From NCBI GenBank assembly GCA_012519655.1, contig JAAYPS010000065.1, positions 38,444-70,443 on the forward strand: 32,000 nucleotides of DNA, read 5' to 3'. The notes beneath the pieces are model-generated. The model worked only from the letters and a program-made list of their open reading frames with translations. It made no database searches and was not told the DNA's origin. The position numbers and the translations under genes are program-made. This DNA comes from Clostridiaceae bacterium (GTDB lineage Bacteria > Bacillota > Clostridia > DSM-8532). Position 1 is the stretch's first letter. Each line of letters starts with the position of its first letter. Below are positions 24,373 through 32,000 of the stretch, piece by piece.

Positions 24373-25971
24373 ATGCTGAAAGCATTGATAAAAACGCGCC
24401 TCTTGGCATTATTTAGTTCTTTTTTCAAAGGACCAAAATCAAAAAAGAAACGCAATAAAGTTGTCACCATTTTAATAGGATTATTAGCCTTATATATTAT
24501 TGCGAGCTTGTTGATGGCGTTTTTCGGACTATTCTACAGCATTTGTGAGCCTGTTTGCAATTCAGGCTATGCCTGGTTGTATTTTAGCATGGCATCAATA
24601 GTTGCTATAGCATTTAGTTTGCTTATTAGTATTTTCTTTACAAAGGCACAACTGTTCGATGCACAGGACAATGATCTTTTGTTGAGTATGCCAATTCCAC
24701 CGAAATATATTCTTTTCAGTAGATTTTTCATGCTTATTGTTTTCAACTATATTATTGAATTACTCATTTTAGCTCCTGCTGGTGTTGTTTATCTAATGTA
24801 TTACCCAGCAACAGTAATAGGAACTATTTTCTTTATTCTTGTTTTTTTGCTTTTGCCACTAATCACCCAAACTTTATCCTGTATTTTTGGATGGCTACTA
24901 GCTATCATTGAAACAAGAGTTCGAAACAAAACATTTATTAGCACTGGATTTTCATTAATTTTCCTGGCTACCTATTTTTACTTTTCTAGTAAGATGAATG
25001 AATATCATCAGGCTTTAATAAATAATGTTGATACTATCGGATTAAAAATGAAATCAATATTACCAATATATCATTTGGGATTGGCCATTGCTGAGAAGAA
25101 TACTTTAAGCCTGCTAATATTTCTTTTATTTGCAGCCATACCCTTTGCTATTGTGTATAGTATACTTTCATATAGTTTTGTCACAATATCTACAACAAAA
25201 AAAGGCTATAGAAGAATTAAGTATACCCATCAACCACTAAAGGCTGGAAGTGCAAAATCAGCCTTATTAAAAAAAGAGCTCCGTCTCTTTTTCTCAAGTA
25301 CAACATATATTATGAATGCATCTTTGGGAGTTATCTTCACATTGGCATTTGCTGTTGCATTATTTATATATGGGGATCTACCCAATCTTATTGCTCAAAA
25401 CATGCCACAATTAGCTCAGTATTCTAATGTATTAGTCATCATATCAATCTGCTTTTTAGCCTCTACGAATATTATTTCGGCTCCTTCGATATCATTGGAA
25501 GGCAAACGTCTTTGGATCTCTCAGTCCCTTCCTATAGATGGAAGTGATGTTCTACTTGCAAAAGTAAAAATGCATTTAGTTATTTGTCTTCCCTCGGTTC
25601 TGATCGCATCTTTGGCATGTATAATAACTATGAATCTTTCACTAATACAAATTTTTGTTGTACTTATACTGCCTACAATGATTGTTATATTTAGTGCCTT
25701 ACTAGGTGTAGTAGTTAATATGCATTTTCCGAAATTTGATTGGGTGAACGAGACAGTACCTATAAAACAAAGTATGAGTACCGTGATTACAATGTTTACT
25801 TCTATGGCAGTGGTTCTGCTTCCAACAGTGTTATATAGTGCTGCTCTTGCGCAAACACTGACCATAGAATTATTTATGATAATATACACAATAGTGATTA
25901 TTGCTTTATGTTTATTGATGTACAGATACCTAAAAACAAAAGGAAGCATTATATTTGCTTCCCTTGGTTAA
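24373..25971 (+). CDS. ABC exporter-type polytopic permease (putative ABC-2/ABC_export-like, about 12 TM)
   Basis: 532 aa and strongly hydrophobic throughout. It starts 3 nt after the ATPase stop. No further family motif recognised. Confidence 0.65.
   Translation: MLKALIKTRLLALFSSFFKGPKSKKKRNKVVTILIGLLALYIIASLLMAFFGLFYSICEPVCNSGYAWLYFSMASIVAIAFSLLISIFFTKAQLFDAQDNDLLLSMPIPPKYILFSRFFMLIVFNYIIELLILAPAGVVYLMYYPATVIGTIFFILVFLLLPLITQTLSCIFGWLLAIIETRVRNKTFISTGFSLIFLATYFYFSSKMNEYHQALINNVDTIGLKMKSILPIYHLGLAIAEKNTLSLLIFLLFAAIPFAIVYSILSYSFVTISTTKKGYRRIKYTHQPLKAGSAKSALLKKELRLFFSSTTYIMNASLGVIFTLAFAVALFIYGDLPNLIAQNMPQLAQYSNVLVIISICFLASTNIISAPSISLEGKRLWISQSLPIDGSDVLLAKVKMHLVICLPSVLIASLACIITMNLSLIQIFVVLILPTMIVIFSALLGVVVNMHFPKFDWVNETVPIKQSMSTVITMFTSMAVVLLPTVLYSAALAQTLTIELFMIIYTIVIIALCLLMYRYLKTKGSIIFASLG
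25932..25962 (-). terminator. Rho-independent terminator of rex, embedded in the 3' end of the convergent permease CDS
   Basis: Minus strand GGAAGCA-aatataa-TGCTTCC followed by TTTTGTTTTT. Confidence 0.55.
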
Positions 25972-25974
25972 CTG

Positions 25975-26619
25975 TTAATTTGAGGAGTTATTTTCCTCTT
26001 TCTCTTTTAATCTATATCCTAAAACTGCTAAACCATCACTTAAGTGTACATTTTCTACCACTACATCATGTGATAACTTCAAGTCCTGTGGTGAGAAATT
26101 CCATATTCCCTTTATTCCCAGTTCAACGACCTTTTCCGCCACTTCAGAAATATTGCGACTTGGAACTGTAAGAATTGCAATGTCTACATTTTTTTTCTTT
26201 ATAAAATCATCCAGTTCGTCAGTATGCAGTATTTCAATTCCATTAACCTTTTGTCCTATGCGGTTATAATTAATGTCAAAAATCCCTATCAGGTCAAAAC
26301 CACGTTTTTGAAAATTGGTGTAGTTTGCAAGCGCATTACCCATATTTCCTGCACCGATAATAATCGTTGAAAAGCGTCTTTCGACACCAAGTATTTTGCC
26401 AATTTCATTGTATAATGTTTCTACATTGTATCCGTATCCCTGTTGACCAAAACCACCAAAACAATTCAGATCCTGACGTATCTGAGAAGCAGTTATTCCC
26501 ATTCTTTCACTGAGCTCTTTTGATGATATTCTTTTAACTTCAACTTTTAATAAATCATTTAAATATCTATAATACCTGGGAAGTCTTTTTATAACGGCCA
26601 TTGAAACCTTTTTTCCCAT
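25975..26619 (-). CDS. rex: Redox-sensing transcriptional repressor Rex
   Basis: N-terminal winged helix RLPRYYRYL...SSKELSERMGITASQIRQDLNCFGGFGQQGYGYNV, plus a Rossmann motif IIGAGNMG. Confidence 0.9.
   Translation of the reverse strand: MGKKVSMAVIKRLPRYYRYLNDLLKVEVKRISSKELSERMGITASQIRQDLNCFGGFGQQGYGYNVETLYNEIGKILGVERRFSTIIIGAGNMGNALANYTNFQKRGFDLIGIFDINYNRIGQKVNGIEILHTDELDDFIKKKNVDIAILTVPSRNISEVAEKVVELGIKGIWNFSPQDLKLSHDVVVENVHLSDGLAVLGYRLKEKEENNSSN
25982..26008 (+). terminator. Weak putative terminator of the ispF/ABC transcription unit, embedded in the 3' end of rex
   Basis: GAGGA-gttattt-TCCTC followed by TTTCTCTTTT. The stem is only 5 bp. Confidence 0.3.
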
Positions 26620-26720
26620 TTAAAAACCTCCTATTACTTCTTGTGTAAGCTATTATCTTTTTGTCCCCTTTGGATGTTATCAAGATATTTGAGACTGAAA
26701 TATAATAAAATTATGCAATG

Positions 26721-26750
26721 ATTATAACATCTTTGTTATTTTTTTGTCAA
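26721..26750 (-). promoter_or_regulatory. rex promoter with overlapping candidate Rex operator
   Basis: Minus strand TTGACA-N18-TATAAT. The 18-mer TTGTTATTTTTTTGTCAA (26733-26750) matches 11 of 14 specified positions of TTGTTAA-N4-TTAACAA. It covers the -35 element and the spacer. Confidence 0.35.
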
Positions 26751-26786
26751 GCTTTGATAAACCTATAACGAGTTGAGGACTTATCT

Positions 26787-27545
26787 CTAAATCTTCACTT
26801 CAATTCCGCAATTTTTTAAATATGTTTTTAACTCGAATATTTCAACTTCGCCAAAGTGAAAAAGAGATGCAGCCAGTACAGCATCAGCTTTACCTATGGT
26901 TATCGCATCATAAAAGTGCTCCATAGTACCAGCACCTCCTGATGCAATCACAGGTATGGACACAGCTTCTGCTACTTGACGTGTCAAATCAAGGTCATAT
27001 CCTTTTTTTGTACCATCCATATCCATACTTGTAAGAAGAATTTCTCCAGCACCTAACTGCTCAACCTGTACTGCCCATTCAATGACATCAAACCCTGTAT
27101 TGACTTTCCCTGCATTAGTATACACATCCCAGCCAGATCCATCTTTTCTTCTTCTTGCATCAATTGCACACACAATATATTGGGTTCCAAAACTTGTTGC
27201 AGCATCGGATATAAGGCTTGGATTTTTCACTGCGGCAGAATTTACACCTACTTTACTGGCACCGGATTTAATTATTCTTTCAAAGTCTTCCACAGTACGT
27301 ATACCACCACCAACAGTCAATGGAATCTTTATTATCTTTGAAATCTCCGTTATCATATCGGTAACTGTATTCCTATTATCACTTGTTGCGGTAATATCAA
27401 GAAAAACAAGTTCATCTGCTCCAGCATTGGAGTATGCCTCGGCGCATGAAAAAGGATCACCAGCATCAACAAGATTTACAAAATTCACACCTTTTACAAT
27501 TCGCCCATTATGCACATCTAGACACGGAATAATTCTTTTTACCAT
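26787..27545 (-). CDS. hisF: Imidazole glycerol phosphate synthase cyclase subunit
   Basis: [11 protein letters not shown]..., [22 protein letters not shown] and ASGGAG: a full canonical HisF pattern. Start moved to the ATG at 27545. Confidence 0.9.
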   Translation of the reverse strand: MVKRIIPCLDVHNGRIVKGVNFVNLVDAGDPFSCAEAYSNAGADELVFLDITATSDNRNTVTDMITEISKIIKIPLTVGGGIRTVEDFERIIKSGASKVGVNSAAVKNPSLISDAATSFGTQYIVCAIDARRRKDGSGWDVYTNAGKVNTGFDVIEWAVQVEQLGAGEILLTSMDMDGTKKGYDLDLTRQVAEAVSIPVIASGGAGTMEHFYDAITIGKADAVLAASLFHFGEVEIFELKTYLKNCGIEVKI

Positions 27546-27621
27546 GATTTCAACCCCACTCGTTAAGCTCACTTGAGTAAAATGTATACAAACGCGACAC
27601 CATTTTAAATAATAGAAGTAT

Positions 27622-27651
27622 ATTATAACCTATGTTTCATCTTATTGGCAA
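27622..27651 (-). promoter_or_regulatory. Sigma-A promoter of hisF
   Basis: Minus strand TTGCCA-N18-TATAAT, in the 125-nt gap between the flavoprotein stop and the corrected hisF start. Confidence 0.45.
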
Positions 27652-27670
27652 TAATTATGATTAGAGTTAA

Positions 27671-29653
27671 TTAATAAACGTTTCCATTCTCCCTGTATTT
27701 TCTCCACACATTTTCAAAGAAACTGTCTTCTTCAGGCATGGGCCTTACAGGGCGCCAATTAAAGCTAACATCAGTTTGGTCAAGTTCTCCCACCTGTACC
27801 ATATTCCCTTTGCTGTGGTCGTCTAAGCTAAAGCGAAACATCTCGGGTAGGTTTTCAACAAGTTTACCATTAGGAGTGTAGTATAGCGCAGATCCCCTAC
27901 TTTTACCATCATTATCAACATAGTCTTTTATTGCACATAAATACACCAACTGACTTACTAGTGTATCAAGTAAGATATAAACTTGTTTTAAATTCGGGGA
28001 GTTTACTTTTACTAACTGAGTAAAATTGCTAAGTGTATTTCTCACCTCAACAATGTATTCTTCGATTCTTCTAACATCACGTATTGCAGCAGCAACCTCG
28101 CTCATTTTTTTACGAGCATAAATGAGCATTTGCTTTGCATTATTGTCATTACCAGATACGCTTTTAGCTATTTCAATAGTCTCTTTTATCTGTGTATTAC
28201 TAATTCGCGCAAAATCCTCGTTTCCTATAGCCTCTCCCGTACCTTTTTTTGCAATATATCTAGCTGCTCTTGCTGCTCCAACTTGTCCTGCATTTAGTGC
28301 ACTCCCGCCTGGTCTGTACACACCATGTGTTGCAGCTACCTCACCTACAGCAAATAAACCTTCAATATTGGTTTGCCACCAAAGATCTACATCCAGTCCA
28401 CCATTGTTGTGCTGAGCACAAAGTGCTATTTCAAGCCGGTCTACAGACAAATCCACACCATGGCTTTTATAAAACTGTACTGCGGGAGCATTCATATGCA
28501 AAAGCCTATCTATAGGAGTTCCAAATAGTGCTCCTGCCGACTCAAGGTATTCATATGCTTCATTGTCTAATACTGAAAAATCAATATTTTTAGTTGGGTT
28601 CTTTGTAAAATCAAGATAAACCCTTCTTTTTTTAATGTATGATTCAATATATACAAGAATATCTATAATGGATGAGCCGTCCTCAACTTTTCTTACGTCA
28701 AAAGGCCATTGGTAGCCTTTCATGAAGATTTTTGTTAGGAGTTCGCCATCATCTTTAAAGTATTCATTTAAAAATTCTTTCTCGTCTGATCCATCCTCAT
28801 TCGTAGAAACAAAGCAAGGAAGGCATTGCATGTACGTGCCCGAAACATTCCACCGCGGTTTAACAGAAGATAGTCCGTACTGCCATTCTGTTAAGTTTTT
28901 ACCTTTAACACCTGCCATGAATGCAACTCCTGTTGAACCATGGTGAGAAAACGGATACACCGACTCCGAGTACATACCTGCAGGACCACCTGTGGCATAA
29001 ATGATATTTTTGCAGGAAAATGCAGTAAATGTAGCTTTTTTATCGGCATTGGTTATATCGCCGTTATTCTCATTGCCACTACTTTTTGTATTAAGGCACA
29101 ACAAACCTACAACACGCCCACCATCTGTAAGTATTTTAACTGCGAGGTGGTTGTCGAAAATAGGTATCCCCTTTGACATAACCTGGTTTTCCAAGGCTTC
29201 AGTCATTAGTTTCGATGTAAGAGGACCTGCTGATGTTGCTCTTTTCCTTGGGTCATGGTCGGTTTTATAACCTATATATTCACCATATCTATTTACCGGA
29301 AATGGCACACCGATGTCTGCAAGTTTCATGAAACACTGAACTGACAAAGCAGCTTCAATAAGTGCAGTATCTCCATCAACACATTGACCATCGAATAAAT
29401 TTTGAGCCATTTCACGAACAGAATCCATTTCAGAGCCTTCAACTGAAAGTTTATAATATGTCTGCTTATCCGATCCGGTGTTCCTGGATGTACCAGCGTT
29501 CATATTCTCAGTTATTATTGCAATATCCTTCTGCCCAAAGTTATAAAGTTTGTCTGCAGCACTTAAACCTGCCGCTCCACTTCCAACAATGATGGTATTG
29601 AAAGAATGGACAGGTATTTCATAATCGCCAACTGTAATCTTATATAAGTTCAA
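27671..29653 (-). CDS. FAD-binding oxidoreductase of the succinate dehydrogenase/fumarate reductase/L-aspartate oxidase flavoprotein superfamily (about 660 aa), specific function unknown
   Basis: N-terminal dinucleotide fold IIVGSGAAGLSAADKL, and a late GEVAATHGVYRPGGSALNAGQV motif typical of this superfamily. I place the start at TTG 29653 (5 nt after the GGAGGGGGA SD); ATG 29668 is the alternative. The track extension to 29812 contains the predicted promoter. Confidence 0.8.
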   Translation of the reverse strand: MNLYKITVGDYEIPVHSFNTIIVGSGAAGLSAADKLYNFGQKDIAIITENMNAGTSRNTGSDKQTYYKLSVEGSEMDSVREMAQNLFDGQCVDGDTALIEAALSVQCFMKLADIGVPFPVNRYGEYIGYKTDHDPRKRATSAGPLTSKLMTEALENQVMSKGIPIFDNHLAVKILTDGGRVVGLLCLNTKSSGNENNGDITNADKKATFTAFSCKNIIYATGGPAGMYSESVYPFSHHGSTGVAFMAGVKGKNLTEWQYGLSSVKPRWNVSGTYMQCLPCFVSTNEDGSDEKEFLNEYFKDDGELLTKIFMKGYQWPFDVRKVEDGSSIIDILVYIESYIKKRRVYLDFTKNPTKNIDFSVLDNEAYEYLESAGALFGTPIDRLLHMNAPAVQFYKSHGVDLSVDRLEIALCAQHNNGGLDVDLWWQTNIEGLFAVGEVAATHGVYRPGGSALNAGQVGAARAARYIAKKGTGEAIGNEDFARISNTQIKETIEIAKSVSGNDNNAKQMLIYARKKMSEVAAAIRDVRRIEEYIVEVRNTLSNFTQLVKVNSPNLKQVYILLDTLVSQLVYLCAIKDYVDNDGKSRGSALYYTPNGKLVENLPEMFRFSLDDHSKGNMVQVGELDQTDVSFNWRPVRPMPEEDSFFENVWRKYRENGNVY

Positions 29654-29713
29654 GGAATCCCCCTCCATAAATAGTTTTATGATAATAATGAAAGTAACAC
29701 ATTGCATTTTGCG

Positions 29714-29741
29714 ATGATACCAATTTTTCATTCGCTGTAAA
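29714..29741 (-). promoter_or_regulatory. Sigma-A promoter of the flavoprotein gene
   Basis: Minus strand TTTACA-N16-TATCAT with a TGg extended -10. Confidence 0.4.
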
Positions 29742-29898
29742 ATATATTGTGGTGTATTATGTATTTGGCAATACAAAAAGAGTGTTTGTAAATAAATGTT
29801 AAAAGTTTTCACTATAGCCTTGTTAGATCCATTTAAGATAAAAAGTATATTGTTAATAAAGGCATTTTATATCACCCAAAAATGTCTTGATAATCATT

Positions 29899-30678
29899 TT
29901 ACAGACGTTGTATATGAAAACCACCATCTACAAAAATGCATTGCCCGGTAGTATATCTGAACTTGCCAGAGCATAGGGCTGAAACAGCAAGACCTATATC
30001 TTCTGGAGTACCCCATCTTTTTATCGGACAAACTCCCTCTTCAAACATTTTGTCATACTTTTCCTTTACTGTAGATGTCATATCAGTTGCAATAATGCCT
30101 GGTCTAACTTCATATACAAAAATATCTTCAGACGCAAGTCTATCTGCATAAAGCTTCGTAAGCATAGATATACCTGCTTTTGAAACACAGTATTCCCCTC
30201 TGCTGATAGATGAAACTTCTGCAGAGATCGAGGATACATTTATTATAATCCCACGAATACCATTGATAGGCTCTTGTTGCATCATCTTCTTTGCTGCATA
30301 CTGCGACATAAACATTGTTCCCTTAGTATTTGTATCCATTACACGATCATAACTTTCTTCAGTCATTTCCAGTAAGTCAGCACGCTTTCTAGGTGCTACT
30401 CCCGCATTATTGACAAGCACATCAACTCTGCCATATTTTGAAATTGCTTCGTCAACACATCTCATTCTGTCATCATGGTTTGAAAGATCACCTTGGATAT
30501 ATAAATAATCAATATTATTACTTGCAAGTTCATCAAGTGTTTTGCGATGTTTTTCTTCAGGACTTGCCGCCATAATAGCTACAGAGAATCCATCATTTCC
30601 AAGCTGTTTTACAATCCCAAGTCCAATACCTCGACTACCTCCAGTAACAATTGCTGTTTTTTTCATTAATGTATTCAT
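29899..30678 (-). CDS. Short-chain dehydrogenase/reductase (SDR, 3-oxoacyl-ACP-reductase-like)
   Basis: TGGSRGIG cofactor motif, NNAG, and the catalytic S...YCVSK (YxxxK). Start ambiguous between ATG 30678 and ATG 30663. Confidence 0.85.
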   Translation of the reverse strand: MNTLMKKTAIVTGGSRGIGLGIVKQLGNDGFSVAIMAASPEEKHRKTLDELASNNIDYLYIQGDLSNHDDRMRCVDEAISKYGRVDVLVNNAGVAPRKRADLLEMTEESYDRVMDTNTKGTMFMSQYAAKKMMQQEPINGIRGIIINVSSISAEVSSISRGEYCVSKAGISMLTKLYADRLASEDIFVYEVRPGIIATDMTSTVKEKYDKMFEEGVCPIKRWGTPEDIGLAVSALCSGKFRYTTGQCIFVDGGFHIQRL

Positions 30679-31205
30679 TCCTTTCTTAGATGTATAAATA
30701 TATGTTGATAATGTTCTTACTTTTCTTTAAGAACGTACGTCTTAGTACATATTCGTACATGAGCTCGTTCACTAAAACCTATCTCATCCACTATATAACC
30801 TATTATGGACTCTATGTAATTTCTAAAGATAGTATTATGATACCCATAAATTCAATAGTTTTACCTTCCTAATTTCTTCTATGTCTTTATGCCGTCTATG
30901 TCTTTTAGAGTATTCTTTAAAAATCCCACTTCACTCTAAGGATAATATAAACATTTATAAAAAGATACATATAATATAGCATAAATATAACGAAATTTCT
31001 TCATATTTACCACGTTTGCGACGGATTTTATCGTTATATTCAGTCATATGTTTAGCATATAGTCTGTATCATAAACAATTTAAGTATTTTCTTCTGCTTT
31101 TATATGTTTTGGTTCAATGATGAGTTGTTAGCAAAATTCTTAGTAAAGGCTTTTGCGATGGAGCTTTAATGTTCTAACAAACTGTCCGAAAAGTGTTAAC
31201 TCATC

Positions 31206-31234
31206 TTTACTAATAAAATAGTGTATAATATAAT
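31206..31234 (+). promoter_or_regulatory. Sigma-A promoter of the Gfo/Idh/MocA gene
   Basis: TTTACT-N17-TATAAT, about 45 nt upstream of the ATG at 31281. Confidence 0.4.
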
Positions 31235-31280
31235 TGCAACCTAAATACTAAATACAAAAAAAATATTGGAGAGATTTACT

Positions 31281-32000
31281 ATGAGAGTATGTTTTTATGG
31301 AAATACAGGTCACGCATTAACAGCAATCGCAGCTAAGCAAAAGCTTCCACAAGTTGATTATGTCGCCTTTTGTCCCAGTTACTCAGGTGAAAACATGGAA
31401 AAGGTAAAATCAAGTGCAAGCAATGCAGGATATAATCTGAAAGAATATTGTGATGTTGATGAAATGCTCAAAATAGAAAAGCCCGATATACTTGTTGTAG
31501 ATAATCGTTTCACGGAACGTTATCCTGTTGAAAAGAAGGCTCTTTCTGCTGGGATTCATGTATATGCTGATAAACCCATTGCAACAAATATAGCTGATCT
31601 TAACGATCTTTATAGGACTGCAACTAAAACAAATAGTACTATTTGGGCAATGCATACTACAAGGTATGATCCACATTTTTATACTATACGACAGTTGATA
31701 CAAGATGGTGCAATTGGTAAAGTAAGAATGGTCAATTGTCAAAAGTCATATCGCCTTGGTATAAGACCTGCCTTTTTTAGCGAAAGAAAAACCTATGGCG
31801 GAACAATCCCCTGGGTATCAATCCATGCAATAGACATGATTCGTATGGTTACTGGCAAAGAGTGTATTTCGGTATATTCTACTCAGTCATCAGCAGACAA
31901 CTTTGGTAATGGTGACATGGAGATTATAACTACTTCAAGCTTTGAGCTTGAGGATGATATTCTTGCCACAGTCACTGCCGATTATTACCGTCCTTCAAAT
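31281..32000 (+). CDS. Gfo/Idh/MocA-family NAD(P)-dependent oxidoreductase, 3' end cut by window edge
   Basis: Absent from the track because no stop lies in the window. My translation reads MRVCFYGNTGHALTAIAAKQ...DILVVDNRFTERYPVEKKALSAGIHVYADKPIATNIADLNDL.... The EKP-like ADKP motif and overall layout fit the family. GGAGAG SD 7 nt upstream. Open for 240 codons to the window end. The minus ORF 31410..31742 is its antisense shadow. Confidence 0.8.
   Translation, partial: MRVCFYGNTGHALTAIAAKQKLPQVDYVAFCPSYSGENMEKVKSSASNAGYNLKEYCDVDEMLKIEKPDILVVDNRFTERYPVEKKALSAGIHVYADKPIATNIADLNDLYRTATKTNSTIWAMHTTRYDPHFYTIRQLIQDGAIGKVRMVNCQKSYRLGIRPAFFSERKTYGGTIPWVSIHAIDMIRMVTGKECISVYSTQSSADNFGNGDMEIITTSSFELEDDILATVTADYYRPSN

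Noticed and set aside
26724-26739. Perfect palindrome ATAACA-tctt-TGTTAT near the rex promoter, considered as a Rex box.
   Set aside because: The half-sites are in the opposite orientation to the Rex consensus (TGTTA...TAACA). The overlapping TTGTTATTTTTTTGTCAA is the better, still weak, candidate.
27082-27576. Long antisense ORFs opposite well-supported genes: 27082..27576 opposite hisF, 21313..21741 opposite metG, 25521..25949 opposite the permease, 1513..1972 opposite galE, 8003..9731 opposite glnN, and the other short track ORFs inside larger CDS.
   Set aside because: - Each lies fully inside a conserved gene on the other strand.
- Each has a Ser/Thr/Leu/Ile-rich, low-complexity composition.
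- None has an SD.

These are typical shadow ORFs of AT-rich genomes.
27671-29812. 713-aa version of the flavoprotein ORF (about 50 extra N-terminal codons).
   Set aside because: - The extension is hydrophobic, AT-driven sequence.
- It contains a TTTACA-N16-TGgTATCAT promoter.
- A strong GGAGGGGGA SD precedes the internal TTG at 29653, just before the FAD-binding fold.
30955-31047. 30-codon minus-strand sORF MTEYNDKIRRKRGKYEEISLYLCYIICIFL, superficially like a type I toxin.
   Set aside because: - No SD.
- The hydrophobic stretch (about 13 aa) is too short for a membrane helix.
- No obvious antisense RNA promoter or terminator pair.
1-32000. Scanned for CRISPR arrays, IS or transposon ends, integrases, phage genes, tRNA or rRNA genes, and toxin-antitoxin or known defence-gene signatures.
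   Set aside because: None was found. The gene content is housekeeping and metabolic, the composition is uniform, and the only repeats are the short intergenic ones reported above.

Overview
This is a low-GC, Gram-positive (Clostridia-like) chromosomal core segment. I support 28 protein-coding genes and find no rRNA, tRNA, CRISPR array, transposase, integrase or phage gene.

Gene order:
- A partial yitT-like membrane gene, then rpmE.
- A galT-galK-galE operon, divergent from an AraC-type regulator. That regulator is followed by a sugar-phosphate isomerase/epimerase and a D-2-hydroxyacid dehydrogenase.
- A type III glutamine synthetase.
- A five-gene operon: ECF S component, fused double ATPase, T component, then two tandem DUF62 (SAM hydroxide adenosyltransferase family) paralogs.
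- The metG-tatD-(orf248)-yabE-ksgA-(orf304) block, which matches the Bacillus metS-yabD-yabE-ksgA synteny.
- ispF followed by an ABC exporter pair, then rex, a solitary hisF, a roughly 660-aa FAD flavoprotein, an SDR and a partial Gfo/Idh/MocA oxidoreductase.

Several ORF-track starts look too long. I shortened them using Shine-Dalgarno (SD) spacing and promoters that fall inside the supposed N-terminal extensions.

I do not see a convincing novel defence-type or mobile system; most of the window is ordinary housekeeping. The items most worth a second look are:
- The substrate-unknown ECF importer co-operonic with two DUF62 enzymes.
- A structured leader upstream of the yabE-like wall hydrolase gene that resembles a c-di-AMP (ydaO-type) riboswitch.
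- A 31-bp tandem hairpin repeat directly upstream of ispF, at the end of an unusually long (about 590 bp) non-coding spacer.
- Two uncharacterised proteins embedded in the conserved ksgA/yabE neighbourhood.
- An uncharacterised flavoprotein/SDR/Gfo oxidoreductase cluster flanked by a repeat-rich 600-bp spacer.

All family assignments come from motif recognition by eye. No searches were run.
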